64,000 nucleotides of DNA from Alphaproteobacteria bacterium (GTDB taxonomy: Bacteria > Pseudomonadota > Alphaproteobacteria > SP197). The stretch is taken from contig OZ245842.1 of assembly GCA_965228895.1 (NCBI GenBank), positions 1,536,001-1,600,000 on the forward strand. Reading direction: 5' to 3'. The notes beneath the pieces are model-generated. The model did not search any database, was not told where the DNA came from, and was given only the letters and a program-made list of their open reading frames with translations. This document shows, in pieces, positions 1-9,920 of this stretch (its first letter is position 1; every line of letters starts with the position of its first letter). A program made the position numbers and the translations under genes.

Positions 1-483
1 GTGGTGCCGGGGATCATCCTGGGTATCGCGCTGCTGGTGATCTCCAACGCGGTCGGTCTGCCGCTGTCGCTGTTCACGATCGGCCTGGCGCATACGCTTG
101 TGGCGGTGCCGTTCTCGATGCTGGTGTTGATGTCGCGGCTTGAAGGTTTCGACAAGAGCCTGGAGGAAGCCTCTCTTGATCTGGGCGAGAACGCGTTCTC
201 GACGTTCTTCAAGGTGACGTTGCCTCTGGCATGGCCGGGCATTCTGGCCAGCTTCTTGTTGTGCTTCACCATCTCGTTCGACGAGTTCATCCTGGCCTTC
301 TTCCTGGCCGGTAACGAGGTGACGCTGCCGATCTACATCTGGAGCCAGCTGCGCTTCCCCAACAGGCTGCCGATGGTGCTGTCGCTTGGCGCCTGCATCC
401 TGTTGGCATCGTTCTTCATCGTCACCTTCTCCGAGGTCATTCGACGCCGCGGCGTCGGAACCCAGAGCGGCTCGGCGATCTAA
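1..483 (+). CDS. Polyamine-type ABC transporter permease (PotC-like), 5'-truncated by window edge
   Basis: EAA motif (SLEEASLDLG), SFDEF and TLPIYIW motifs, hydrophobic segments; precedes a PotA-like ATPase. Confidence 0.85.
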   Translation: MVPGIILGIALLVISNAVGLPLSLFTIGLAHTLVAVPFSMLVLMSRLEGFDKSLEEASLDLGENAFSTFFKVTLPLAWPGILASFLLCFTISFDEFILAFFLAGNEVTLPIYIWSQLRFPNRLPMVLSLGACILLASFFIVTFSEVIRRRGVGTQSGSAI

Positions 484-551
484 GGGAGACGAAAGCGCTA
501 AGGCGCAACGAACAAAAATGGACTTGGCAACAGCGGGTGGGCGCAAAAGGT

Positions 552-1649
552 ATGCGTGAGGACTATATCGCGATTAAGAGCGTGTCGAAGCACTTCGGCA
601 GTGTGCGAGCCGTCGATGACATCACGTTCAACATCGAGGAAGGCGAGTTCTTTTCCCTTCTCGGTGCATCGGGTTGCGGCAAGACGACGTTGCTCAGAAT
701 GCTGGCTGGTTTCGAGCAGCCGACCCTGGGCAACATCTTCATCGATGCTCAACCTCAGGCCGGCGTGCCGCCCCATCAGCGGCCCGTCAACATGGTGTTT
801 CAGAGCTACGCCATATTTCCGCATCTGAACGTCCACAAGAACATCGCCTACGGCATGCGGAAATCCGGCCTGAACAAGACCGAGATCGACCGCAAGGTCG
901 ACGAGATGCTGGAGCTGATCAAGCTGCCTGGCTATGGCTCTCGTGGCGCCCATCAGTTGTCCGGTGGCCAGCGTCAGCGCATCGCCCTGGCGCGCGCCTT
1001 GATCAAGCAGCCGAAGGTGCTGTTGCTGGATGAGCCGCTAGGCGCGCTCGACAAGAAGCTTCGTGAGCAGATGCAGCTGGAACTGCGTGCGCTGCAACGC
1101 GATGTCGGCATTACCTTCGTGTTCGTGACCCACGATCAGGAAGAAGCCATGACCATGTCCGACCGCATCGCCGTGATGTCGGAAGGCAAGGTGCTGCAAA
1201 TCGACTCGCCGACCCATCTCTATGAGATCCCACAGGTCAAGGAAGTCGCCGACTTCATTGGCACGATCAATTTCTTCGGCGGCAGCATCAAGGGCAAGGA
1301 CGGCGAAGCCACCATCGTTGACACCGAAGGTTTGGGTCAGGTTCGGTCGATGGCCGGCAATGCCGAAACGCCGAGCAGCGGCGACATCACGGTCGCCATC
1401 CGGCCGGAGAAGTTCGGCATCTCGTTCCAGAAACCCAATGTCCTGCACAACGTCGTCGAGGGTTCAATTCAGGCCGCCGCCTATCTGGGCGACCGCAGCC
1501 ATTTCTATGTCCAGGTGGACGGCCGCGATGCGCCGGTAGCCGTCGCCGCACAGAACGCGCAGCGCCAGCTGGAAAGCGTCGACCCGGACAAACACGAGAC
1601 GGTCTGGTTGACGTGGGATGAGAATTCGGCGCTCCTCTTGAGCCGCTAA
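552..1649 (+). CDS. Polyamine ABC transporter ATP-binding protein (PotA/PotG-like)
   Basis: Walker A GASGCGKT, LSGGQRQR signature, LLLDEP, VTHDQEEAM, TOBE-like C-terminus; ATG at 552. Confidence 0.9.
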   Translation: MREDYIAIKSVSKHFGSVRAVDDITFNIEEGEFFSLLGASGCGKTTLLRMLAGFEQPTLGNIFIDAQPQAGVPPHQRPVNMVFQSYAIFPHLNVHKNIAYGMRKSGLNKTEIDRKVDEMLELIKLPGYGSRGAHQLSGGQRQRIALARALIKQPKVLLLDEPLGALDKKLREQMQLELRALQRDVGITFVFVTHDQEEAMTMSDRIAVMSEGKVLQIDSPTHLYEIPQVKEVADFIGTINFFGGSIKGKDGEATIVDTEGLGQVRSMAGNAETPSSGDITVAIRPEKFGISFQKPNVLHNVVEGSIQAAAYLGDRSHFYVQVDGRDAPVAVAAQNAQRQLESVDPDKHETVWLTWDENSALLLSR

Positions 1650-1669
1650 CAGTTCTCTTAACCGTTCGC

Positions 1670-1705
1670 AAAGGGCGCGGTCGTGAGGTCGCGCCCTTTT
1701 TCTTT
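1670..1705 (+). terminator. Rho-independent terminator
   Basis: AAAGGGCGCG...CGCGCCCTTT hairpin followed by a T-rich tract, just after the ATPase stop. Confidence 0.8.
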
Positions 1706-1826
1706 GGCTGCGTGAATCCGTCGGCTGTGCCAAGGCGTAGACACGGCTTGGCTTTCGGCGGGCACTGCGATAAAAGTCGCGCGCCTTTCCAGACCTTTCC
1801 CGATACTGAGGAGTACAAAGCGGTCC

Positions 1827-3005
1827 ATGCGCTACGCACCGATCGTCGATCGCCTTGCCAACGAAGGCGCGCGTGCCTGGGACGTCCACAGCCGCGCTCT
1901 CAAGTACAAGAGCGAAGGGCGCGATGTCATCGTTCTGAGTATCGGCGATCCCGATTTCGATACGCCGGCGCCCATCGTCGAAGCCTGTATCGACGATATG
2001 CGTAGTGGCGATACGCACTATTCCTACATTGATGGGAGCCCGCAATTGCGTGCGGCGGTCGCTGCCTATCATCAACGTAACACCGGTCAAGACGTTGGCG
2101 CTGACAACGTTTCTATGAGCCTGGGCGCCCAGGGCGGTCTTTTTGGCGCGGCGGCTTGCACGGCGGGTCCGGGCGATGAAATCATCGTGCCGCAGCCTGT
2201 TTACGTGACCTATGAGTCGGTTGTCCATGCGACCGGCGCCGAGATGGTCTCCATTCCACTCAGGCCGGAACGGGATTTTCATTTGGATCCGGCTGATGTT
2301 GAGGCGGCGGTGACGCCCCGCACGCGCAGCGTCATGATCAACACGCCTCATAATCCGACGGGCGCCGCCTATGGCCTTAAGGACTTGGAGGGGCTGGCCG
2401 AGGTCTGCCGCACGCACGATCTATGGCTGATCTCCGACGAGGTCTATAGCCGGACGCTTTTTGACGGCCGCCGGCACCTTTGTCCGGCGACACTGGACGG
2501 CATGGCCGAGCGTACGATCGTCGTCGATAGCCTCTCGAAATCCCACGCCATGACCGGGTGGCGGGTCGGTTGGGTGGTCGGCCCACCATCGCTGCGCCAG
2601 CACCTCTATCACCTGGGCCTTGCCCTGCATTATGGCCTGCCGACCTTCATCCAGCAGAGCGTGGAGATCGCGTTCACCGGCGATTTCCCCGAAATCGCCA
2701 CAATGCTCGCCCATTACCAGAAACGGCGAGACTTGGTGCTTGATCGACTGAGGGACGTGCGCGGGATCCGGGTCGTCAAGCCGGAAGGTTCGTGTTTCAT
2801 GATGGTGGATATTCGCGACACCGGCCTGACATCCCAAGCGTTCTCCGACCGTCTGTTGGAGGAAGCCGGCGTATCGCTGTTGGCCGGTGAGGGTTTCGGG
2901 CCCAGTGGCAGTGGATTCCTGCGGTTCTCGCTGACCGCGCCATCGGCCGAGATCGCCGAGGCGTGTGATCGTTTTGCCCGGTTTGTGCGCGGCTTAAACA
3001 GTTAG
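1827..3005 (+). CDS. PLP-dependent aminotransferase class I/II (AruH/aspartate aminotransferase-like)
   Basis: LSIGDPDF, NTPHNPTG, SDEVY, SLSKSHAMTGWRVG (PLP lysine). Confidence 0.9.
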   Translation: MRYAPIVDRLANEGARAWDVHSRALKYKSEGRDVIVLSIGDPDFDTPAPIVEACIDDMRSGDTHYSYIDGSPQLRAAVAAYHQRNTGQDVGADNVSMSLGAQGGLFGAAACTAGPGDEIIVPQPVYVTYESVVHATGAEMVSIPLRPERDFHLDPADVEAAVTPRTRSVMINTPHNPTGAAYGLKDLEGLAEVCRTHDLWLISDEVYSRTLFDGRRHLCPATLDGMAERTIVVDSLSKSHAMTGWRVGWVVGPPSLRQHLYHLGLALHYGLPTFIQQSVEIAFTGDFPEIATMLAHYQKRRDLVLDRLRDVRGIRVVKPEGSCFMMVDIRDTGLTSQAFSDRLLEEAGVSLLAGEGFGPSGSGFLRFSLTAPSAEIAEACDRFARFVRGLNS

Positions 3006-3085
3006 CACGACACGGCAATTCACCTTCGCGTCAGGCCCGTGCAGAAGACTTGCGCCGACATGCAGCAAAGGCCACGTTATCGTCC

Positions 3086-3661
3086 ATGACCGACAACACA
3101 TCATCGGTTGAAGCCGATCAGCCTCGCGCTACGCGTCGTTGGTTGTATGCGTTGCCTGTTGCGTTTTTCGCGATCCTTGTCGTCGCCTTGGCGATCGGCC
3201 TGGGACGCGACCCCAGCGTGCTGCCGTCGGCCCTGGTCGGCAAACCGGCGCCGGAATTTGACCTTCCCGAAGTCCCTGGCTATGGGCCAGGCTTCTCGAA
3301 CGAGACGCTCAAAGGTCAGGTCAGTCTGGTCAATGTCTTTGCCTCGTGGTGTGTCAGTTGCCTGATTGAGCACCCGTTGCTTGTCGAATTGCATGAAGCC
3401 GGCGATGTCGCGGTGTTCGGGTTGAACTATAAGGATTCGCCCGAGGATGCCGCCGCGTGGCTCGGCGAGCATGGCAACCCGTATGATGCGACCGGCGTCG
3501 ATGCGCAGGGCCGCGTGGGAATCGAATGGGGCGTCTACGGCGTACCCGAGACCTTCGTCGTCGATCGCGACGGCCAGATCGTTCACAAGCATATCGGGCC
3601 GATCACGCCGGATGCATGGCAGAACGACATCTTGCCGATCATCCAGGAGCTTCGCTCATGA
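3086..3661 (+). CDS. dsbE: DsbE/CcmG-family periplasmic thiol:disulfide oxidoreductase
   Basis: N-terminal TM, PSALVGKPAPEF, ASWCVSC, GVYGVPETF. Confidence 0.85.
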   Translation: MTDNTSSVEADQPRATRRWLYALPVAFFAILVVALAIGLGRDPSVLPSALVGKPAPEFDLPEVPGYGPGFSNETLKGQVSLVNVFASWCVSCLIEHPLLVELHEAGDVAVFGLNYKDSPEDAAAWLGEHGNPYDATGVDAQGRVGIEWGVYGVPETFVVDRDGQIVHKHIGPITPDAWQNDILPIIQELRS

Positions 3662-4245
3662 GACGCACGATACTCGCCGGCGTGGCGGTACTGCTGCTGG
3701 TAGCTGCCTGGATGCCGACGAACGCGAGTGATACCTTGCCCAACTTTGCCTGGCTCGACGAACCGGAGGCGTCGCCGGACGTGCTGTTCTCGGTCGAAGG
3801 TGGCGACATGCGCACGTTGGAAGCGTACCGCGGCAAGGTGATCGTGCTGAACTTCTGGGCAACGTGGTGCCCACCATGCCGTGAGGAAATGCCTTCTCTT
3901 GATCGGCTCGAGGCCAGCCATGGCGGCGACTATCTGGTTGTCATGGCGATGTCGGTCGATCGCGGGGGTGAGAATCAGATTCGCGAGTTCTACGACGACA
4001 TTGGCGTCAACGACCTGGGCGTCTTCAGCGACCCCACCCAGAAGGTGTCACGCGATTTCCGCGTTCTCGGCCTGCCGACGACGATTGTCATCGATCACCA
4101 AGGCCAGATGGTCGCAAGGCTTGTGGGCACCGCGGAATGGGATAGTCCGGCCGCGTTGAAGGAGCTGCAGCCACTGATCGACGCCGCGCGTCTGGCCGGT
4201 GGTGGAGCCAGTACTGGCCAGGCATCGCTGGCCACCGCGCCCTAG
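3658..4245 (+). CDS. TlpA/ResA-family disulfide reductase
   Basis: Signal/anchor sequence, NFWATWCPPCREEMP, GLPTT; ATGA overlap with dsbE. Confidence 0.85.
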   Translation: MRRTILAGVAVLLLVAAWMPTNASDTLPNFAWLDEPEASPDVLFSVEGGDMRTLEAYRGKVIVLNFWATWCPPCREEMPSLDRLEASHGGDYLVVMAMSVDRGGENQIREFYDDIGVNDLGVFSDPTQKVSRDFRVLGLPTTIVIDHQGQMVARLVGTAEWDSPAALKELQPLIDAARLAGGGASTGQASLATAP

Positions 4246-4269
4246 CGGGTCAACGGCCGGCCCGGCGTC

Positions 4270-5010
4270 ATGCTCGAAATCTCCGGTATCGGCATTGGTG
4301 CGGCATTCGTGGCCGGTTTGGTGTCGTTTCTGTCGCCATGCGTTCTGCCCCTGGTGCCTGCTTACGTCTCATATATCGCCGGTGAGTCGCTTGAAGACCT
4401 GACCGGTAACACCACAAAACGGGCGCGGGCGGCCGCGGTCCTGCTCAGCCTGTTCTTCGTTCTCGGCTTCTCGACGGTCTTTGTCCTGCTCGGTGCTGGC
4501 GCAACGGCCGCCGGTGAACTTCTACTGACCTACCGTTACGAGCTGAGCTATGTGGCCGGCGCGATCGTCATTGTGTTCGGGCTGTTCATGATGGGTGTCT
4601 TTCGCGTCAGTTGGTTCGACCGCGATCTCAGGATACAGATCAACGTGCCGGGCGGACGCCCGGTCGCCGCCTACGGTCTGGGTGCTGCGTTTGCCTTCGG
4701 CTGGACACCGTGTATCGGCCCAATCCTGGGAGCCATCCTCGCTGTCGCCGCAACAACCGCCACGGTCAGTCAGGGCATGGCGCTGCTGGCGATCTATTCG
4801 CTTGGTCTTGGCGTGCCTTTCTTGATCGCTGCGGCATCGACGGGTTTGTTCGTCCAGCGCATGAAGGGATTGGGGCGTTGGGGTCGGCGTATCCAGGTCG
4901 CCGCCGGCGCCGTTCTTGTCATCATGGGCATTGCCATGTTGACGGGCTACCTGGCGGACTTTGCCTTCTGGCTGCTGGCGACGTTCCCGATACTCGCGAC
5001 CATTGGCTAG
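4270..5010 (+). CDS. ccdA: Cytochrome c biogenesis protein CcdA
   Basis: SFLSPCVLPL and GWTPCIGPIL motifs, multiple TM segments. Confidence 0.9.
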   Translation: MLEISGIGIGAAFVAGLVSFLSPCVLPLVPAYVSYIAGESLEDLTGNTTKRARAAAVLLSLFFVLGFSTVFVLLGAGATAAGELLLTYRYELSYVAGAIVIVFGLFMMGVFRVSWFDRDLRIQINVPGGRPVAAYGLGAAFAFGWTPCIGPILGAILAVAATTATVSQGMALLAIYSLGLGVPFLIAAASTGLFVQRMKGLGRWGRRIQVAAGAVLVIMGIAMLTGYLADFAFWLLATFPILATIG

Positions 5011-5070
5011 CAATGCGATAGGGATGCGCACCCATTTTCGCAGCATGGCAAAACACCTTAACATCCTCCC

Positions 5071-5430
5071 ATGACATCCGATGAGTATGCCGGCTACTAC
5101 GCCGTAATCCGACAGATCCCCGAAGGCCGTGTCATGACCTATGGCGATATCGCGATCGCCGCCGGCCATCCCCGGTGGGCCCGGCGTGTCGGTTATGCGC
5201 TGTCATCCCTCAACGACAAGACGGTCCCATGGTGGCGGGTGATCAACGCCCAGGGCCGGATCAGTGTGGGCAAGGGCAGGGGCCATGAAGCGGCCGATAT
5301 GCAGCGTCATCTGCTCGAGGCGGAAGGTGTCTACATCGACCTGGAGGGCGTCGTCGACCTGGAGACCTATCGGTTCGTACCGAAAGCGAAGCGGGCAAAG
5401 AAAAAGGGGAGCCCGAAGGCTCCCCTTTGA
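5071..5430 (+). CDS. Alkyltransferase-like (ATL/YbaZ, MGMT-family) DNA-binding protein
   Basis: IPEGRVMTYGDIA, ARRVG, PWWRVIN (Trp in place of catalytic Cys). Confidence 0.85.
   Translation: MTSDEYAGYYAVIRQIPEGRVMTYGDIAIAAGHPRWARRVGYALSSLNDKTVPWWRVINAQGRISVGKGRGHEAADMQRHLLEAEGVYIDLEGVVDLETYRFVPKAKRAKKKGSPKAPL
5397..5428 (-). terminator. Rho-independent terminator of the convergent solute-binding gene, lying inside the ATL 3' end
   Basis: 11-bp stem with TTCG loop on the - strand, followed by a T tract. Confidence 0.7.
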
Positions 5431-5452
5431 CATGTGCCCAACAAGGGCGCGA

Positions 5453-7093
5453 TCAGGACTCGATCGCGATCTCGTTGCCAAAGATGTACGACGTCGGGTG
5501 CATGGTGAAACCCTTCACCCTGGTGTCGTAGGCGGCATAGATCGCGCGCCAGACCGGCTGAACGATCGGGCCGTCTTCCTGCATGATCGTCTCGACTTCG
5601 CCGACCACCTTGCTTCGCGCCTCGACATCCAGGATGCCTTCGGCCTCGGTCAGCTTGGCGTCAAACTCCGGATTGGCGTAGTGAGATTCGTTCCACGGCA
5701 CGCCGGAGCGATAGGCGAGGCCCAGCACCATGAAGCCCAACGGACGATGGGTCCAACTGGTGAAACCAAACGGCACCTTGTCCCAGACTTCCCAGAACTG
5801 CGCCGACGGCATGATGTTGATGTTGACGTTGATGCCGGCATCGGCCCACTGCTCCACCATGCCCTGAACCGCCAACAACTCCCAGGCCGGCTCCTTCTTG
5901 CAGGCGATCTCGACTTCCAGACCGTCGCCATGTCCGGCTTCGGCGAGCAACGCCTTGGCGCCCTCGACGTCGCGGGTCATGAACGGCAGCTCGAAGTAGT
6001 CGGGATGGATCGGCGCAACGTGATGATGTTCCGCCGGAGCACCCAGGCCGCGATGGGCCAGATCGAGAATTGCCGGCGTGTCGATGGCAAGGCGCAATGC
6101 CTTGCGCACACGCGCGTCGTCGAACGGTGCCGTGTCGACCTGTCCGCGGACCACGGCGGTCTGAGCCGTGTTGGCGGAATGGATCGTGATATGCGGCATC
6201 GCCTGGAAGGCGTCCAACTGCACGATGTCGCCTTCGTACATGCCATGGACCTGTTTCGACGCCAGCGCGCCAATCGCGGCTGACGGATCGTCGCCGAGGT
6301 CATGGAACTCAAGCCGGTCGATGTTGGGTCCATCGCCCCAATAGTCATCGCGGGCTTCCAGCACCGAGATCTGGCCAACGTCATGCTGGACAAGGTTGAA
6401 ACCTTCGTAACCGTTCGAGCCGACGCCAAACACGCCATTCTCGGACGGATCCAGGATCAACAGAGGATAGTGGAAGAGATGCTCGGGCACCGCCACCTGC
6501 GGCACCTTCGTATTCATGCGCACTGTCCGGTCGTCGACAACTTCGATGGCCTTCTCATCCCAGACACCTGTTGCATCGTCGTTCATCATGTAACCCTGCA
6601 TCAGGCCCAGGACAGACGAACCGGTTTCCGGGTCGAGCACGCGCTTCAGGTTCCAGGCAACCTGTTCGGCGTTGAGGTTGCCGCCGTTATGCCATGTCAC
6701 GTCGTCACGCAGAGTCAACGTCCAGGTACGCAGATCGTCGCTCGCTTCCCAGCCTTCCAGGAGATACGGACGGGTCACGTTGTCCGTGCTGGTCTTGGTC
6801 AGATAGCTGACGACCTGGCGGGCCACGTTCGAATCCATAACCCACGAATAGGTATGCGGGTTGCTGATCTCCAGGACTCGCATGGCGATGCGAACCGTGC
6901 CGCCTTGCGGCAGATCCTGCGCTTGGGCCGCCGGAGCGAAGTCGCCGCCGGTCAGCTTGCCGGCGAACGCGTAGGCTGTCGTCGCCGAGACGCCCAAAAG
7001 CGCCGAGTAGCGAACGAACTCACGGCGGTCTAGCCTGCCATCGGCCAACTGCTCCTTGAGCTTTTCATAATACGGGTGTTCACGTTGGGTCAT
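5453..7093 (-). CDS. ABC peptide/nickel-family (SBP family 5) substrate-binding protein, Tat-exported
   Basis: DRREFV Tat motif, TWTLTLRDDVTWHNG, RVRKALRLAID, WNESHYANPEFD; GGAG RBS before ATG at 7093. Confidence 0.88.
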   Translation of the reverse strand: MTQREHPYYEKLKEQLADGRLDRREFVRYSALLGVSATTAYAFAGKLTGGDFAPAAQAQDLPQGGTVRIAMRVLEISNPHTYSWVMDSNVARQVVSYLTKTSTDNVTRPYLLEGWEASDDLRTWTLTLRDDVTWHNGGNLNAEQVAWNLKRVLDPETGSSVLGLMQGYMMNDDATGVWDEKAIEVVDDRTVRMNTKVPQVAVPEHLFHYPLLILDPSENGVFGVGSNGYEGFNLVQHDVGQISVLEARDDYWGDGPNIDRLEFHDLGDDPSAAIGALASKQVHGMYEGDIVQLDAFQAMPHITIHSANTAQTAVVRGQVDTAPFDDARVRKALRLAIDTPAILDLAHRGLGAPAEHHHVAPIHPDYFELPFMTRDVEGAKALLAEAGHGDGLEVEIACKKEPAWELLAVQGMVEQWADAGINVNINIMPSAQFWEVWDKVPFGFTSWTHRPLGFMVLGLAYRSGVPWNESHYANPEFDAKLTEAEGILDVEARSKVVGEVETIMQEDGPIVQPVWRAIYAAYDTRVKGFTMHPTSYIFGNEIAIES

Positions 7094-7351
7094 AACGTCT
7101 CCTTGCTCCCATGGTGGTCTTGTGCCACAGCTGTTTTCGGAGCCTCGGCCAGAGGCCAAAGTTCCACCTGAGGTCATTGTTTTCGCCACTGCGTTGATGT
7201 CAACAGACTTCCCTCATGACCGCCCCCACAACGTCAAACAATGTCCCGTTTGCGACGCAAAGGGCTTGCGGCGTAAGCGAATTGGTGGCTTGAGGGGAGG
7301 CCGGCCAAAGGTGATGATACTCCTTCCGATTTGTAGTGATTGCTTACAGGC

Positions 7352-8410
7352 ATGAGTGTTCTTAGTTTTGCGCTTTATGCGGTGATTGCCGCGCTCAGCT
7401 TTTATCTTCTGATCGTCGGCAAGGCGCTCTTGCTTCCGGTCGTCGTCGCGGTCGTTTTTTGGTACCTCATCGCGACGTTGTCTTCGACTTATCGCCGCAT
7501 TCATGTGGGTGATATCCGCCTGCCGGGTTGGGCCAGTCTGACACTGGCGATCTTGACCTTTGTCGGTTTGCTGACCGGCGTCATCGAAATGGCGCGTGGC
7601 AACATTTCGGATGTCGTTGCGGCCGCGCCGACCTATCAGGCCAATCTCGAGGGTCTGATCGACCGCGTCTACAGCATGATAGGAATCAAGGAGGTGCCAA
7701 CGATTTCGCAGCTCCTGGATTCGATTGATCTCGGCAACATCGCAACGAAGCTGGCGGCATCGCTGACCAGCTTTGCCGGCAATGTCGGCATCATCCTTGT
7801 CTACGTCCTGTTTCTGTTGGTCGAGCAGGGCAGCTTCAACGCGAAACTTGAGGCGATGGTTGCCGACCCCGAGCGGCGCGCGCGTATCAAGCGGATGATC
7901 GGGCGGATCAACGCCGACGTCAGAACCTATATCTGGATCAAGACGCTGATGTCGGTTTTGACAGGCGGCATCAGTTACGTCGTCATGCGGATCGCCGGCG
8001 TTGACTTCGCCGAGTTCTGGGCGGTCATCATTTTTCTGTTGAATTACATCCCGACGATTGGCTCGATCCTTGGCATCGTGTTCCCGGCGGTACTGGCGCT
8101 CGTCCAGTTCAACACATTCGGCCCGTTCCTGATCGTGCTTGTCGGCATCGGTGCGGCCCAGGTGGTGATCGGCAACGTCCTGGAACCACGTCTGATGGGT
8201 CGCACCCTGAACCTCAGCCCATTGGTGATCTTGTTTTCACTTGCTCTTTGGGGTTCGATCTGGGGCATCATCGGCATGTTCTTGAGCGTGCCGATCATGG
8301 TGATCGCCGTGATCATCATGGCGCAGTTTCAGCCTACCCGCCCGGTCGCCATCTTTCTCTCCGCCAGCGGGCAAGTTGCCGAGGTAGACGACCCCAATAG
8401 GCCGGCGTGA
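7352..8410 (+). CDS. AI-2E/PerM-family transporter
   Basis: Multiple TM, LNYIPTIGS, GNVLEPRLMG, LSPLVILFSL. Confidence 0.88.
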   Translation: MSVLSFALYAVIAALSFYLLIVGKALLLPVVVAVVFWYLIATLSSTYRRIHVGDIRLPGWASLTLAILTFVGLLTGVIEMARGNISDVVAAAPTYQANLEGLIDRVYSMIGIKEVPTISQLLDSIDLGNIATKLAASLTSFAGNVGIILVYVLFLLVEQGSFNAKLEAMVADPERRARIKRMIGRINADVRTYIWIKTLMSVLTGGISYVVMRIAGVDFAEFWAVIIFLLNYIPTIGSILGIVFPAVLALVQFNTFGPFLIVLVGIGAAQVVIGNVLEPRLMGRTLNLSPLVILFSLALWGSIWGIIGMFLSVPIMVIAVIIMAQFQPTRPVAIFLSASGQVAEVDDPNRPA

Positions 8411-8465
8411 ACGATGCCCGTGGGGGTCACTGTGGACTGACGGAATTGCTTCGTGGTCGTTGACG

Positions 8466-9920
8466 ATGCTTGAAGCATTCAATCAATTCTGGGCCGAGCT
8501 GTTCGCCGTGGCGACACTGGTGCTGACGATCGTCTTGTCGGTCGGTGTCATCCTGCGAAAGCGTAACGAACGCTCGGCGCTCGGCTGGCTCGGCGTTATC
8601 CTGTTGTCGCCACCCCTGGGTTCAATTGCGTTTCTCCTGCTCGGCATCAACCGCATTCGCCGGCGCGCGCAGAAGACGTTGAGGCATGATCAGATGAGCC
8701 TGCTTGAGGGGCCCGAGAGTTCCGGGCTTCCCATGGCGCCGAGTCACGGTGGTTCGATCAAGGAGGACCGTGAATTGCCACCGCTGGCGCGGCTGGTCGA
8801 CCAAATCGTCGAGCGTCCTTTGGTGGACGGCAATCGTGTCGAGCCGTTGGTCGGCGGTGGTACGGCCTATCCCAGGATGCTTGAAGCGATCGACAAGGCG
8901 GAACGCTTGATTGTGCTCGCCACCTACATCTTTCGCCGCGATGAGGTTGGCTCCGCGTTCATCGCGGCCCTGGGGCGCGCAAAAAGGCGCGGCGTGGTGG
9001 TCAAGGTGCTGATCGATGGCGCGGGTTCGCACTATTCGTGGCCCACGGTCATCCAGGATTTGTTGGACGAAGGCGTTGACGCGGCCCGTTTCCTGCACTC
9101 TTTCTGGCCCTGGCAAATGCCGTATTTGAACCTGCGTACCCACCGCAAGCTGTTGATCGTCGACGGCCGAACGGGCTTTACCGGCGGCATGAACATCACT
9201 GGCAAACACGCACCCAAGGGCGAAGGCGATACCCATCATCGCGACGTCCATTTCGAAGTTGCCGGTCCAATCGTCGGTCAATTGTTGGACGTTTTTGCGG
9301 AAGACTGGCAGTTCACGACGGACGAGGCACCGGATGCCGGACTCTGGGTCAAGGAACTGGCACCGGCCGGTGCCATACATGCGCGGACGATCAGCGACGG
9401 CCCGGACGACCCGACCGATAGCCTTCGCTGGGTGATGCTGGGTGCGCTGACCCAAGCGAACCAGCGGATCTCAATCGCGACACCTTACTTTGTTCCCGAC
9501 CAGCAGCTGGCAACAGCGCTGTGCCTTGCCGCGTTGCGTGGGGTCGAGGTCGATGTCGTGATGCCAGCTAACAACAATCTACCGTTCGTGAAGTGGGCGT
9601 CGATGTCGCGCATGGACGAGCTGATCATGTCCGGTTGCCGATTGTGGATGTCCGAGCCGGACTTCGACCATTCGAAGCTTTTCGCGGTGGATGGCGCATG
9701 GAGTCTGATCGGCTCGGCCAATTGGGATGAGCGCAGCCTGCGTCTGAACTTTGAGCTCAATGTCGAGTGCTACGATGCAGCCCTGGCGGCCGATCTTCAT
9801 GCGATGATCGATGAGCGGCGTCAGACCGCCCAGGCAATAACGCTCGACATGCTGAAAGCGCGTTCGATGCCCGTCAAACTGCGCGACGGTGTTGCCCGGC
9901 TTTTTTCGCCCTACCTCTAG
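8466..9920 (+). CDS. cls: Cardiolipin synthase
   Basis: Two N-terminal TM and two HKD motifs (HRKLLIVD, HSKLFAVD). Confidence 0.88.
   Translation: MLEAFNQFWAELFAVATLVLTIVLSVGVILRKRNERSALGWLGVILLSPPLGSIAFLLLGINRIRRRAQKTLRHDQMSLLEGPESSGLPMAPSHGGSIKEDRELPPLARLVDQIVERPLVDGNRVEPLVGGGTAYPRMLEAIDKAERLIVLATYIFRRDEVGSAFIAALGRAKRRGVVVKVLIDGAGSHYSWPTVIQDLLDEGVDAARFLHSFWPWQMPYLNLRTHRKLLIVDGRTGFTGGMNITGKHAPKGEGDTHHRDVHFEVAGPIVGQLLDVFAEDWQFTTDEAPDAGLWVKELAPAGAIHARTISDGPDDPTDSLRWVMLGALTQANQRISIATPYFVPDQQLATALCLAALRGVEVDVVMPANNNLPFVKWASMSRMDELIMSGCRLWMSEPDFDHSKLFAVDGAWSLIGSANWDERSLRLNFELNVECYDAALAADLHAMIDERRQTAQAITLDMLKARSMPVKLRDGVARLFSPYL

Noticed and set aside
3086-5010. dsbE-tlpA-ccdA as a novel redox system
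   Set aside because: All three are well-known thiol-reduction components that often cluster
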